Of a DNA stretch of 64,000 nt, positions 23,372 through 35,485 are shown piece after piece; position 1 is the stretch's first letter; the number at the start of each line of letters is the position of its first letter. Below the pieces are notes generated by a model. The model was given only the letters and a program-made list of their open reading frames with translations. It made no database searches and was not told where the DNA came from. The DNA is from Pseudovirgaria hyperparasitica. Its lineage: Eukaryota. The translations under genes were made by a program, and so were the position numbers. The stretch lies in the NCBI GenBank assembly GCA_010093815.1, contig ML996576.1. One strand, 5' to 3'.

Positions 23372-26300
23372 CTATACTTCGACATTCTGACTGCACAGAC
23401 CTTCGACGGCATACGCCCCAAGCCCATCAATTGTTGCTTGACTCGTTATCTCAAGAACACTAATGCTGAACTTGAATGTGTGTCTCCACCAACGAGCCAA
23501 TTCAATTGTGACTAGAGAGTCCAATCCCAAGTCAGACAGGAATCGTGATGTGTCCAGATCTTCTTCTGGCTGGAGAAGGCATCTATACACCTGCTTGCCG
23601 ATTTCCGTCGTGATCAGTTCTAATGATTCCGGTTGCTTCAGACGCTTCACGTCATGTCTAGTTTCTGCGATGAATTGCTGAAGCACATTTGTTGCAGTGG
23701 CAGTAGAATCTGATGTGTCCGATTCCGCCACAAAGGACCATCGAATGTCATTTCGGAGTGTTTCATTCTCGCTGCCAGCGACTTTGAAGCTTTTCGGATT
23801 GACACCTAGCGCAAAGCTATTGTGGATGACGATTCGACAAGGTGAGTCTTTTGCTTTGGGCGTAATGATTGGCGAGGCCGTGATTGAAACTGCTAAAGCT
23901 TCAAGCAAGTCCTTCTCGGATAAGTGATGATTCATCCCAGACCTGATCAGACTACGTAGTAAAGACGGCCTTTGAGATATGTAGCCGACCTCCTCAACCG
24001 GTCCGATATCCATGACCGATGCGCATAAGCCTAAGTCCAGTCGATATTGAACAAAAGCATCCAGGAATGTGTTTGCCCCAGCATAGTTGGTCTGGCCTGG
24101 AACCCCAAGCGTACCGGAAAGGGAGCTGAATAGTACGAAAAAGTCGAGCACGGCCCCGGCCGAGATGGTTGCGTTGTGAAGGTTCCATGTTCCTTTGATC
24201 TTGGGGTCGACAGCTGCCGTCCAGTCCTCTATGGTCATATTACCAAACTCCCTGTCACAGAGAACCATAGACATCTGTAGTACACCTTTGAGGTTCCCCT
24301 TGGCTGCCTGAACAGCCTTCGTTACATCCTTAGCGTTAGAGACGCTTCCTTGTATAAGCTGAACGTCACAACCCATTGCTTGTAGCTCTTGGACGAATTC
24401 CTGGTATTTGTACTCGTCATTGGCACTTCGGGAGAGATAGATGAGCTTGCGGGCACCGCGTTCGATCATCCACCTAGATACCGACTGCCCTAGACCACCT
24501 AGGCCGCCAACAAGGAGATAAGATGCCCCTCTATCTAGACAAATGTCTCTTTGTCGGTCACTGACTTTAGTGCCAATATTGGTTTCGCCGGAGGCGTCTC
24601 GAATCGAAATAACAATTTTACCCATGTGCTGACCTTTACGCATGTACCTGAACGCGTCAGGAATTGAGGATGCAGGCATAACTTTGATCGGCCTGATAGG
24701 CAGTATACGGCTAGACTTGAAGTATTGTATAGTACGTTCAAGGAGGCTTGATTAGTGTCAGCTTCATCCCAGTGAAATGTGCATCGCAAGTTACCTTTTA
24801 CAAGTTTGTGGCCGCAAAAAGCCGAGTTGGTCTAGATCAACGCAGCAATAGCTACGATTTTCTAGGAATTGCCGCATATCAAGTCTGGCACCGCCCAGTA
24901 TGTCTCGCTTACCGATCTCAACTAATTTGCCAAAGGCAGCCACGCAGTTCCAGGTAGCGTGTAAAAGCTCGCCCGATAAAGAATTAAGTGCCAAGTCGAC
25001 TCCTTTTCCACTTGTTTCACGCATAAGATCGTCCAAGAATGAGACATCTCGAGAGTTGAAGATCCTTCTTCGGGGCAGACCAAAGGTCTGCATAAGGTAC
25101 TCCACCTTATCTTCATTTCCCACAGTCGCATAGATCTCAGCCCCGACCATCTTTGCGAGTTGGATGGAGGCAATACCAACTCCACCGCAGGCGCTGTGGA
25201 TGAGTACTGACTGTTATAATTAGTACTACGCACATCCAAACAACGAGATAGACATGACTATGGCTAAGTCTCTACTAACCTGTCCTCCCTGAAGGCCTCC
25301 TATGTCGAATAGAGAATATATTGCGGTCATATAGACGCAAGGCATAGTCGCTGCATCTTCGAAACTCAGTTCGTCGGGAATCTTGACGCAGCGCTGCTCG
25401 GAGATAGCGATACGTGATGCAAATGCCGCTGAGCATGTAAGCATGACGCGGTCACCAATTTTGAGATTATCTTTCACACTAGGTCCGAGGCCGCGTACAA
25501 TGCCAGCTGCTTCGGAGCCAAACTCTAGTTGAGAAGACTCAACAATGCCCTCGGCTACCATCAGGTCCTAATCACCGAGATCCATTAGCATTATCCAACA
25601 ATGGAGTTTTAGATAGGCATACTCGAAAATTGAGGCCCGCGGTATAGATTTCTACCTCAACAGAATCATTCTCGAGCGACTCAGATATTGCTCGAGTCCA
25701 GTGGAGATTGTTCAGTTGGCCAGGACAACTTGTGCGGAAGACGAATCTATCATCGAGGTCGGAGACTTGGAGCTCCTTTTTGAGCGAGCATGGGAAAAGC
25801 CTCGGAACGTATACTTTCCTATCAAGAATAGCGTACTCCAGCTCCTTTCGAGGCTGGTCTTGTCCCAATTGTGTTTGGAACCTGCTAAAGACATCAACAA
25901 CCACATCCCATGAGGAATCGACGGTGTCCACTTCGCACGTTGCGAAGTCTACGAACAATTCTTTGCGCAACGTCCGAGCAATCCCATTGATCTGAGCAAA
26001 GTCTGGCACTCGACATTGCATTTGGCAAAGGTGGGTAACCCAAAAAATCCCCTTATTTCCAATATTGTTAATCAATCTTTGAAAGTATTTTAGATGATGG
26101 GAATCCATATCATGAAAGAACGACTCATCTTTATCCAAGATAGCGATTATGTCTTGATCTTTAGGGATCACACAATCACCTACGTAGCAACAGTCGACTT
26201 GATACCCTCGTTCCTGGAGCTTTTGATTCAATGATTCTGCATGAGTTGGTGCGTGACAAAGGATTGTGACTCGTTTGCGAATACTACTGTTAGTTGTAGG

Positions 26301-29300
26301 CTTGACAGTTATCCGGGAACTTTGTTGATAGAGCTCCTGATGATCAGAATCTATCGACCTCGAGCTTTCGAAGCCTGAGGATTGTAGCTCTGAGATCCAT
26401 CTATTTGGAGTCACGTATGGCCTCTTTAAGCTATCATCTGCTTGGCTTATCCACCAGCCAGGGAGGCTGCCGAAGACGTAGTTGGCAACCTTCAGTGTTG
26501 TTGAGCACAACTCTCGCAAGAGTAGTCGACCATCTGCCCTCAGAAGCATTCTGATGTTTTTCAAACTCTCGAAGACACTTTCCGTGTGATGGAGAACGTT
26601 ACCAGCAATGACGAGGTCGAAGTGGCGGCCTTCAAACCCTTGGCTTGATGGGTTCTGGCTGATATCAAGGACCATATATTCTATTCTCGAATACTTCTGG
26701 AATTTGATTTCTGCAGCGGCCACCATACTATCAGAAACATCGGTAAATACGTACTCTGAAAATAGTGGTTGACCAGTCGGTGAGAACAAGGCGCTAAGCG
26801 TACTTGAAAGAACATGACCGGTATTCCCTCCAATCTCCAGAATACGTAAGCCTGGCTTGCTGTAGACTAAGCAACGACAGAGTTCCGTGATGTCTAGGGG
26901 CCCTGTCTGGTACATTGTTCGAAGGGTATCGTCGTCTTGGAGTATGTCTAATGGCTGCACCGTACCTAAGAACAAGTCTTTGATATTGTTCAAGATAGTG
27001 TTGACAGCAGTTGTCTGCGCCGTATTCCCAGATGAGCAGTCATGGAGCCTTTCTGTGATGGATTCTATCCTCTGAAGGAGCTCCCTGTCGCTCAGATGCG
27101 CGAAATTACTGCTGTTCTTCTCTTTTAGTTGACTGCTGATCCAAGTCGCAAACTTCTGCATGTGTGGTAAGTCCGACTTCAATCCTCTTAGCTGTCGTTC
27201 AGAGCTTTCTAAAACAAGTTCTAAGTGCTCTTGGTTCAGCTTGTCAGCTCCAGATTCGTCAGCAGCCTCTTTCATTAAGAGAGACACGTCGACAAAATCA
27301 GTATCAGGTACCCATTCAGTCCGACAAGCAGAAACATCATTCTCATGCTCGTCTACGTCCTCAATAGCCTTTAGTCGCAGCCCATCAACCTCCAGGAGCA
27401 TGCCTTCGGTACTATTGCATCTAGTTTCGCCAACGACATCACCTGCTGAAGTGAAATTCGCTTGGGCCACGATTTGGAAGTCGTTTGGGACATTGACTGT
27501 ACAGCGGTACACACTCAACTTATCGACTCTCACGGGCACTATCGTCTTCTCGGTGTAATCTCCAACATAACCCTTGGTGGCTGCCACTGACATCAGCTGC
27601 AGTGCTGCATCGATAATAGTCGGGGGTAGATGATAGCCGTTCTGGTCTGCTCCTTTGGTAGCTGCCATGGCGGTTGCAAGACGAATTGAGGTTTCAGACC
27701 GGATGTCATGGAGACACTGGAAGCTCGGCCCAAAATTCAGACCTTGCTTTTGCATAGCTGCGTAGCATCTTTCGGATGTGATTTTGCGCAAAGGCATGGT
27801 GATTGGGGGTCTCTCAATAAGCTTCTCAGTCTGAGATTACACCAGACCCGTGCAATGAGTCATCCAACTATGACCATTGTGCGAAGATATCGTGAAATCC
27901 CACCATCGGCTTTCTAGGGAGTCGGTCAATTGATGGCGACGGAGCGCAGTTATTATTTCCATGGGTTTGGCTTCTGCTAACACGAGGGCAGTACTAACAA
28001 CTACACGTCGCATAACAAAAGCTTCTTCAATGCCACTGATCTGTCGGACAGCTTCACCAATCATGCCGACATAACCTGCAAAGGGGAACACAATGTCATT
28101 CTTGACCTTGTGATCACGGATCCAGGGGGCATGTTCAAGGTTGAAGAGGTTTCGCCATAGAGGTTCAATTTCTGTGCTCTCCCTTACTCTTACTCCTAGC
28201 AGCTCATGATATCGGTGCTGTCGATGCCGCCATTCTTTACTCAATCTTGACTCTAGCCAATAAGTATCCGAATAACTCCAGGGGTATCTCGGGAGGTCTG
28301 GAAGGCTTCTTCCTCTGGGGAGCAGCTGTTCGAGATCCATTGGAATATGAGAGACATACAACTGCCCGACAGCTACTAAGAAACTTTCAACAGAGTCTTG
28401 ATTTCGCAGCATCGATGGTATGTAAAGGTTGGAACTCCGGCATTCGTCTTGAATCTGCCTTAGAGGACCCGATAGAGCAGAGTGCGGCCCAATTTCTATG
28501 AAAGTGGCATTCTCCCCAATTTCATGGTTAAGCAGATTTTTTACAGCCGACCGGAACGATACTCGGGACTCTAGATTCTTTTGCCAGTAATCAGGACCAA
28601 GAGCACTTCCCTCTAGTAAGGCCCCTGTGACGCTGGAGAAGAAGAGTTTCTTAGGTGTCTGACCAACGACGTCTTTGGTAATCAAAGCATGATAGTCGTC
28701 TCCGATCTCCGTCATATGATGAGAATGGTATGCCTTGTCCACCCTCAGGACTCGCGCCAAAACATCTGGTTCAGAATCTTTGATCTTGTGCACAACAGTC
28801 CTAACCGCCTCCACATCACCGGAGATCGTTACACTCTCGGGTGAGTTCTCGCAAGCAATCACTACTCCTGGTATCAGGAACTGCTCCACCCTTTCTAGAG
28901 CAAGACCAACAGCAGCCATGGCTCCCATTTTTGTCTGCTTCCCTGCGGCAACTCCACGATAGAAAGCTGCAATGATCGCCTCCTTTGCTGTAAGTGCTCT
29001 TGCAGCATAAGCTGCGGCGAGCTCACCGCTAGAGTGACCAACAACTGCAGCTGGGGTGATCCCGATAGAAGAGAGGGTATCAACCAGAGCAATCTGAATT
29101 GCTGTACATAATGGTTGTGAGATTTCGGCTTCATCCAATCGACTCTCGTGGGGAGATTGAAGAAGTTCCTCCAGGATACTCCAGCCAGGTTCCAAGGCTT
29201 GTACATGTTCATCCAAGCACTGTATCGACCTTCGGAAAACAGGATATTGTGATTCTTGCAGGAGCTCTTTCCCCATGAGTGGCCATTGAGCGCCTTGGCC

Positions 29301-30913
29301 AGTGAACATCATAACTAGATGGGAATCCTCCTTCCTCTTCGTAGCCGGAGATGGACGAAAAGGGGCGTATCTACTCATAACTGCAAATGATCTAAATGGC
29401 AAATGTTCCCGCCGATTACCAAGCGTGTATGCGAGATCATCGATACTGTCAGGATTCTCATCCAGGAAGCTCTTGTAGTTATTGCCCATATCTTCTAGAG
29501 ACTGGCGTGAACTTGCTGAAAGCACCAATAGTTGAGGTGCGTCGGAAGCCACTGTGGGATTTATTATCGGAATGTCGAAACTTCTCGCCGATTCAAGAAT
29601 TGCATGTGCATTTGATCCGCCAATACCGAAAGAGCTGATACTGACTCGCTCGTCACACGACTTGGGCCAAGGGATGGGTTCGGTGGGAACCTTGAGGTTG
29701 GTAGTATCCAGCTCGGCGTTGCGATGAAGTTCGGAGAACTTGATATTAGGAGGTATTACTTGGTTTTCAAGAGCTAGTATCGCCTTTATTACTGATGTGA
29801 GCCCCGATGCACCTTCAGAGTGTCCAAGGTTCGGTTTGACTGATGTGATATAAACCCCCCCCGACGGGCCAAATGTTTTTGCCAGTGCGCGAATCTCAAT
29901 TGAATCTCCCACAGTTGTTCCTGTACCATGGCACTCGACAAAGGCGGTTTTCGAGTAATCTTCAATTCCTGCGACATCGTAGGCCCTCCTAATTAGTGCC
30001 TCCTGGGCCTCTGAGCTAGGAGCACTTATCCCTCCGCGACCTTTCCCATCGCTGTTTGCTGCTGTAGACCTGATGACAGCCCGAATTGGATTCCCATCGC
30101 GAATTGCACTTGCCAGTGGTTTTATGTATATCGCATTGATTGCCTCGCCACGAGCGTAGCCGTTGGCATCAGCTGAAAAGGTCTTACAAGATCCGTCAGG
30201 GGCAAGAACACCTTGCTCTGACATGCTAGCAGTCATACTCGGAGCCAATATGAGGCTGGTACCGCCAACAATGGCAGAATCACAATCTCTGTTCGCAACT
30301 GCCTCACAAGCCTCGTGTAAAGCCGTCAGTGCCGATGAGCAGGCTGTACGGACAGTGACACTAGCAAAAGTCAGCTAGGTCGCCATCTGACTATCTTGAC
30401 CTACCTCGGGCCTCGTAGATCCAGTTGGTAAGAAACGCGGTTCGAAAGTACGAAATCCCCTGTCCCTTCAATGCCATACTGCTCAGTGCGTAGATCGTCC
30501 TTCGCGCATGTTTCCAGCCAATCTTCTCCGAAGTTTCCTATGTAGCAGCCCGTACGGCTCCCACGCCAATTTTTCTCACCGGCATCTTCGAGGGCTTCTC
30601 TGGCGACTTCAAGCAGTAGTCGCTGCTGAGGATCCATATTACATGCTTGACTCTTGGAGAACTGGAAATAGGACGTGTCCAGATGGCCTAAATTCACCTT
30701 CTCATCAAGAAAATACCCATGCTTTGTTTTGATTGTGCCAGGCTCTCCGGATAAGGAATAATATGCATCGATGTTATATCTGGACTTGGGGACTCGCTGA
30801 CGCGCATCGCCCTTTTCGACAAGGAAGTCCCAAAATTGCTTGGATGTGTTCAAACCACCTGGTAGGCGGAACGACATCCCGCAAATTGCAATAAGTTCAT
30901 TTTCAGTGCTCAT
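23372..30913 (-). pseudogene. Highly reducing iterative type I polyketide synthase (KS-AT-DH-cMT-ER-KR-ACP, about 2441 codons) interrupted by one in-frame TAA at 27839-27837. Exons 30913-30405, 30360-25623, 25567-25280, 25210-24795, 24746-23372.
   Basis: KS: DPQQRLLLE, RTACSS, HGTGT, KPNLGHSEGASG. AT: FTGQGAQW, GHSSGE, AYHSHHM. DH: DHKVKNDIVFP and IIDAALQ. cMT: ILEIGGNTG (degenerate). ER: LIHSACGGVG. KR: GGLGGLG, QTNYAGAN. ACP: LGLDSL. Four canonical introns. PKS identity is near certain; pseudogene status is inferred from the single stop. Confidence 0.85.
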
Positions 30914-31323
30914 GCTTCTGATGATAGTACTTTCTTCTTAGTCCTAGTTTCTAAGCAATGATAGGACAGTACAATAGTAAGAAGGAGGAAGAAAGATGAA
31001 TTCAAATGAAATGATAACCAAATTCTTCACACGTCAATTCAATACCCCTTCTCATAATAGAGTACCTGGTAATTAATATAAGTAGATTCTGTGTTGCTAC
31101 AACTGACGCAATATAAGTCAAACAAGGTATTATATTGAATATTAGTCTAGTGCACTTGAGAAGTAGACCTCGTCTATTATGACTAGCTTGGAATAAGGTT
31201 TGAATCATCCCTAAAACTCTCACGCGGTACCTGCAGTACGCCACATGATTTTGTAACTATCGCATGGGGTTCCTTGAATGCTCATGATACAACAACCGAT
31301 AGTTTCTCGTCTGACCCTCATAG

Positions 31324-31355
31324 GATCTCACGCGATCTCACGCGATCTCATGCGA
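31324..31355. repeat. Tandem 10-mer (GATCTCACGC)x3 in the PKS/hydrolase divergent promoter
   Basis: GATCTCACGC GATCTCACGC GATCTCATGC GA, with a related TCACGCGA at 31432-31439. Confidence 0.8.
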
Positions 31356-31689
31356 GCCCAATGAGACCTGCTAGCTATTATACAACTCTTATGCAACCAT
31401 TATCCACCCTTGTATGACACCAATGCGATTATCACGCGAGTTGTACTTTGATAGCACCTACCGCCACAGTGACTAGATTCGATGAAGTAGGTGTCGGGCC
31501 TGGCACTAACTTATACAAGTAAGACTCTACACTTACTAGAAACATAGGGAGAAAGTCCTATGTGAAGGGTATAAATTGCTACTTGTACCCTTTGCCCGCT
31601 TAGTTGTCGAGCTAAAAACATTCAGTCACCCAATTCTTGTTTATCATTTAATTTTCTTTTCGGTTAACTCGCTCAGCCCAACCTCAAAG

Positions 31690-32715
31690 ATGCAAGTTCG
31701 CAAGAATGTTGAGTTCAAAACTTCAGATGGACTTACTCTAAGAGGCTGGCTATATCCTACAGCGAAAAAAGGGCCTGGTATTGTTATGTCACCAGGGGTA
31801 TGTATGCCTCAGTCGAGATGCAATACTAGAAACGTCCATCTGATTTATCATACCCATTCCAAGTAATCGTCCACGCACAAGATTAGATGAGCTCAGCGAC
31901 GTGGTAATTAAGGCTGCGCTAACGTACTATAGTTTGCTTGTGTAAAAGAGATGATTGCGCCAACGATTGCAGACCGCTTTCATGCTGCAGGAATCACTGT
32001 GCTACTCTATGATCCACGTAGCTTTGGCGAAAGTGATGGAGTTCCACGAGAGGACGTTGAACCTTACAAGCAAATGGAGGACTACTCTGATGCGTTCACA
32101 TTTCTTCTATCTCTACCAACAGTAGATCCTAGATGTGCTGGGGTTTGGGGAATATCCTTATCAGCTTCGACTGCAGCTTGTGCCGGAGCCTTGGATGCAC
32201 GAATGCAGTTTGTGATCGCCATTAGTCCTCCTTCGTCGTTCTCCTACAGCCCTGAATCATTACGTTATATCTTGAATACTGCCGCGGAAGATCAAGGTCG
32301 GAGATCTAGTGGTAAAGAGCCAATCTACTGCCCTGCTCTGGGCTCCAAAGGGGAATGCCTCCTGGAAGGGATGTCATGTGAGGAGGATTATGGCTTCATA
32401 CTGGAATATCTGAAGAGTTGTCTGTCCTGGACCAACAGATGTACGATCCAGAGTTTCTGCAGGCTATTGACATTTCACCCCAAGGAGATGTTGAAACGCG
32501 CAAGTCCCAAATCACCACTAATCATAGGGGGTGATCGGGATATGATCTCTCCAGTTGAAGATCTACTCGAGATATTTCATGTTTTGAAGCAGCCCAAAAG
32601 ATGGCATCTCGAGAAAGGCAAGGGGCATTTTGATGTTCACCAAGGAGAAAGTTGTGTGAAGGTACAGACGGATTGGATTAGGTCCATCAAATGGAATCTC
32701 GACCAAGAGGAATGA
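31690..32715 (+). CDS. Alpha/beta-hydrolase of the trans-acting thiohydrolase / polyketide-transferase type (Bref-TH / Fma-AT-like). Exons 31690-31797 and 31933-32715.
   Basis: N-terminus [17 protein letters not shown]...[28 protein letters not shown] and QMEDYSDA. Nucleophile WGISLS, GDRD and KGHF give a plausible Ser-Asp-His triad. Divergent from the HR-PKS. Confidence 0.85.
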
Positions 32716-33438
32716 TAATTATACGATTCGTGTTTTAGTTAGCAAAGTATCTTTTCTAGACATGACACATAAGCATTTATTGAAGGCACGAGCACTACAA
32801 ACTTGAATAAAGATCACCAAAGACGTAAACACTGGCAAAGGTATGACCGTGTAGCGCATCCTTTTTTGTTAAGTCTATCGGTCGAAGCTTGACCACACGA
32901 AGGTATTGGCTAGTCATGACACCTAACACCGAGCAAGGCCGAATATATGGTGGCACCACCAGGTGATCGGCCAATCTACGACCAGGTGTATGAATATTAA
33001 ATCAGCGTGACATGCAGCCCTGTTAATCAGCTAGACTACATCTGATAGCTCTAAGAAGCCGAAGGGGAGGTATTTAACTTAAATGACTTGCAGTATGGTC
33101 AGATAATCCACAGAGTATACGTCATAGAGGTTCCGTGAGTGTCTTGCACATAGCATCATCCAACCCAACTTTAGTCCACAGATCCAGAGCTATCTATCCA
33201 CGACTTGATAGTTGAAGATAAACTAGGGATAGCCTTGATTAGTTATATCAGTGTATATTAGACTTCTAATAGTTGGAGAGAACGACAGCTTATTCTCATT
33301 CGTTGTAACATGCAGCAGCTGTTTTAGCGCCACGAAGGCCATTCTTGCGAAGGGAAACTTTGCAACATGTTTCTAGGTACTTTCTCCTTCTTAGGCATGT
33401 TCGAGGGAATCTTGGAAGACATTGAAGGATTATACAGC

Positions 33439-34548
33439 TTAACGAGATGCAGGTCTATTCCTTGGCGTATATTTGGGGGGCAGTGGTGGCCAAGGGGCTC
33501 CTGGGTGATAATCACGTGTCCAAGTTAACTGACCCATGTACCCACTCGGTGCACCCTCTTGAAGCTTTATGCGAAAGTCTCCCAGGAGTGTAAGCATTGC
33601 AAAGAACGCTATATAACATAACACGTTAGTGCTTATCTGTAGGTTATAGAAATAATTGGATAACGCTTACCATAGTTTTGTGGTCTTTTTGTTGCCACTA
33701 GCGGTCCTATCTCTATACAATCTCTCCAAGAAGTCCAGGAAAGATCGCCGGTCACTAACAGATCTATTAGTCTCTGAGGTAGATCTTTGAGATATATCAG
33801 ACGTACGTCTAAGCTCCGGTGTCTTCAAGAACTCAATGAATATTATTAGGCTTAAGAACGTATCTAATGGCGAGGTCTGACGGTCTCTAAGCATAGGTTT
33901 AAGAGGGAATAAGCTCCCTCTCTGCTTTAGCGTCGTAACTCTTTGTTGACCGTATGGATCGCAGATGGTTATGGTACTATATTGCCCATCCATACTAATA
34001 TATGTGACAGCGGACGTTTTTACTGCCTCCCGCGAGTCTCTCTGTATTCTACACTCCGGCTCTGTAGGTATGATGAATCGGTGGAATAGGGTCCCCTCAT
34101 GTTGGTATGTGAACTGAGGTGTCGTATCTCTCCATTTGCGTATGTTCGGCTTCCCATCCGTTCTCGGTCGACCATCAAGGAGATGTTGCCATCGTTCATC
34201 GCGGTCGCAGAAGATACGCGTTACTATTTGTCCTTGATCTGGCTCCGATTCGACTTCTGTTGCCGTTCCTATGTGCTCCATTGTATTCAAAACCGTCTTG
34301 AAATAGATTGACTGTATATCCCAAATCATGAAAAGAGTTTGAAGGAGATGTTGCATGTCTTGATCGTTACTATAAGCTTCCATACGAGACCAAGCTCGCT
34401 GTGCCATATATATTGCTTCCTTAACTGCCGGTCTAACACCCCGGTGAGAACCATCGTCACATGAGGGATCAATATAATATTGTAGTGCCGTAACTAAAGG
34501 AAGGCGAAGGAGGTAAATAAAGAGAGTAGATAGTACTAGAGAGACCAT
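33439..34548 (-). CDS. Secreted 331-aa protein with M35/deuterolysin-like layout but no HExxH. Exons 34548-33807, 33754-33671, 33608-33439.
   Basis: Signal peptide MVSLVLSTLFIYLLRLPLVTA; YYIDPSC, RIFCD, ITICD, IIFIEFLKT, TSWRDC, RPQNYAFFA. Introns GTACGT...CTAAT...TAG and GTAAGC...CTAAC...TAG restore a continuous frame. Confidence 0.65.
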
Positions 34549-34717
34549 CGTGTAGTAGAATGGAAGTTACGAAGAACTAAGATTCCGAAGGTTATTTTCT
34601 ATATTATACTAAGAAGTTGAATGTTCTAATTATATTAAGCACGAGCGAGCGATTTTCTAACTCTCTAGACCAGTAAAGTATAGAAGTAGACATTCTTGTT
34701 AGTGGTCTTTATAAACG

Positions 34718-35104
34718 GTGCGGCGCGAATTAAAATCAAAGTCTGTGCGCGCACGGACATAAACATCAAAATTCATTAAATGCTACTCTGTACTGAAGAT
34801 ATTTTAACGCCACCTAATTAGAAGGCATAGAGGCTAGATTAGACCCTTTTTCTATGCTCTGAAGTTATTATTACCTTTATAGTAAATGTAGGTAACTACT
34901 AAGCCTTTAAAGTTATCACTAGAGGCTACTTTTACTATATAGGTAGCTATCTCTTCATTAAGCACGTATACTACGCTAATGCTAATAGTCCTTTTCTAAT
35001 TGGTTGCTAGAGTCTCGCCCAATAGAGCTAGACTGCGATAGTACTAGCTAGCCCGGCAGAATTCAACCTATTAGGTGCTAGTTTAATACTAATTCGCGCC
35101 GCAC
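34718..35104. mobile_element. Degenerate, TpA-rich (RIP-like) MITE/DNA-transposon relic bounded by 15-bp inverted repeats
   Basis: GTGCGGCGCGAATTA (34718-34732) and its exact reverse complement TAATTCGCGCCGCAC (35090-35104). The interior and flanks (about 34550-35400) are full of TA, TAG and CTA and contain no ORF of 60 aa or more. Confidence 0.5.
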
Positions 35105-35458
35105 ATCGCTCACTCCCACTTAGAGCCGCGGCTAATTACCCTCAGCGCTAGGTTTCTGATTAGCCTACGGCCGGCAGCGGATAGTCTTTTAAGGCGCTAA
35201 GGCATGCCGGAAAAGCGATACTCCAGGCCGAGAACTAGGCGACTTTTTAGCTTATAAACTAATATCCTTCTACAGCGCTGCACGTTATAAAAAGTATACA
35301 GAATTACATGCCGTCGAGAGAGCTCCATTCTAATGTCGTAGATCTTTACATAAGGGTGTAATCAAATTACTATGTCGCGAAACGTGACTTTTGATCGCAG
35401 ATTCTGGTGAGTGCGCTAGACAAAACATTACATATTCTTATGATTCCTTTGGAATATA

Positions 35459-35485
35459 CTCTCTCTCTCTCTCTCTCTCTCTCTC
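35459..35485. repeat. (CT)13 microsatellite
   Basis: Directly visible. Confidence 0.95.

Noticed and set aside
23150..35460. Starship-type giant transposon
   Set aside because: No DUF3435 captain gene and no convincing terminal direct repeats were found.
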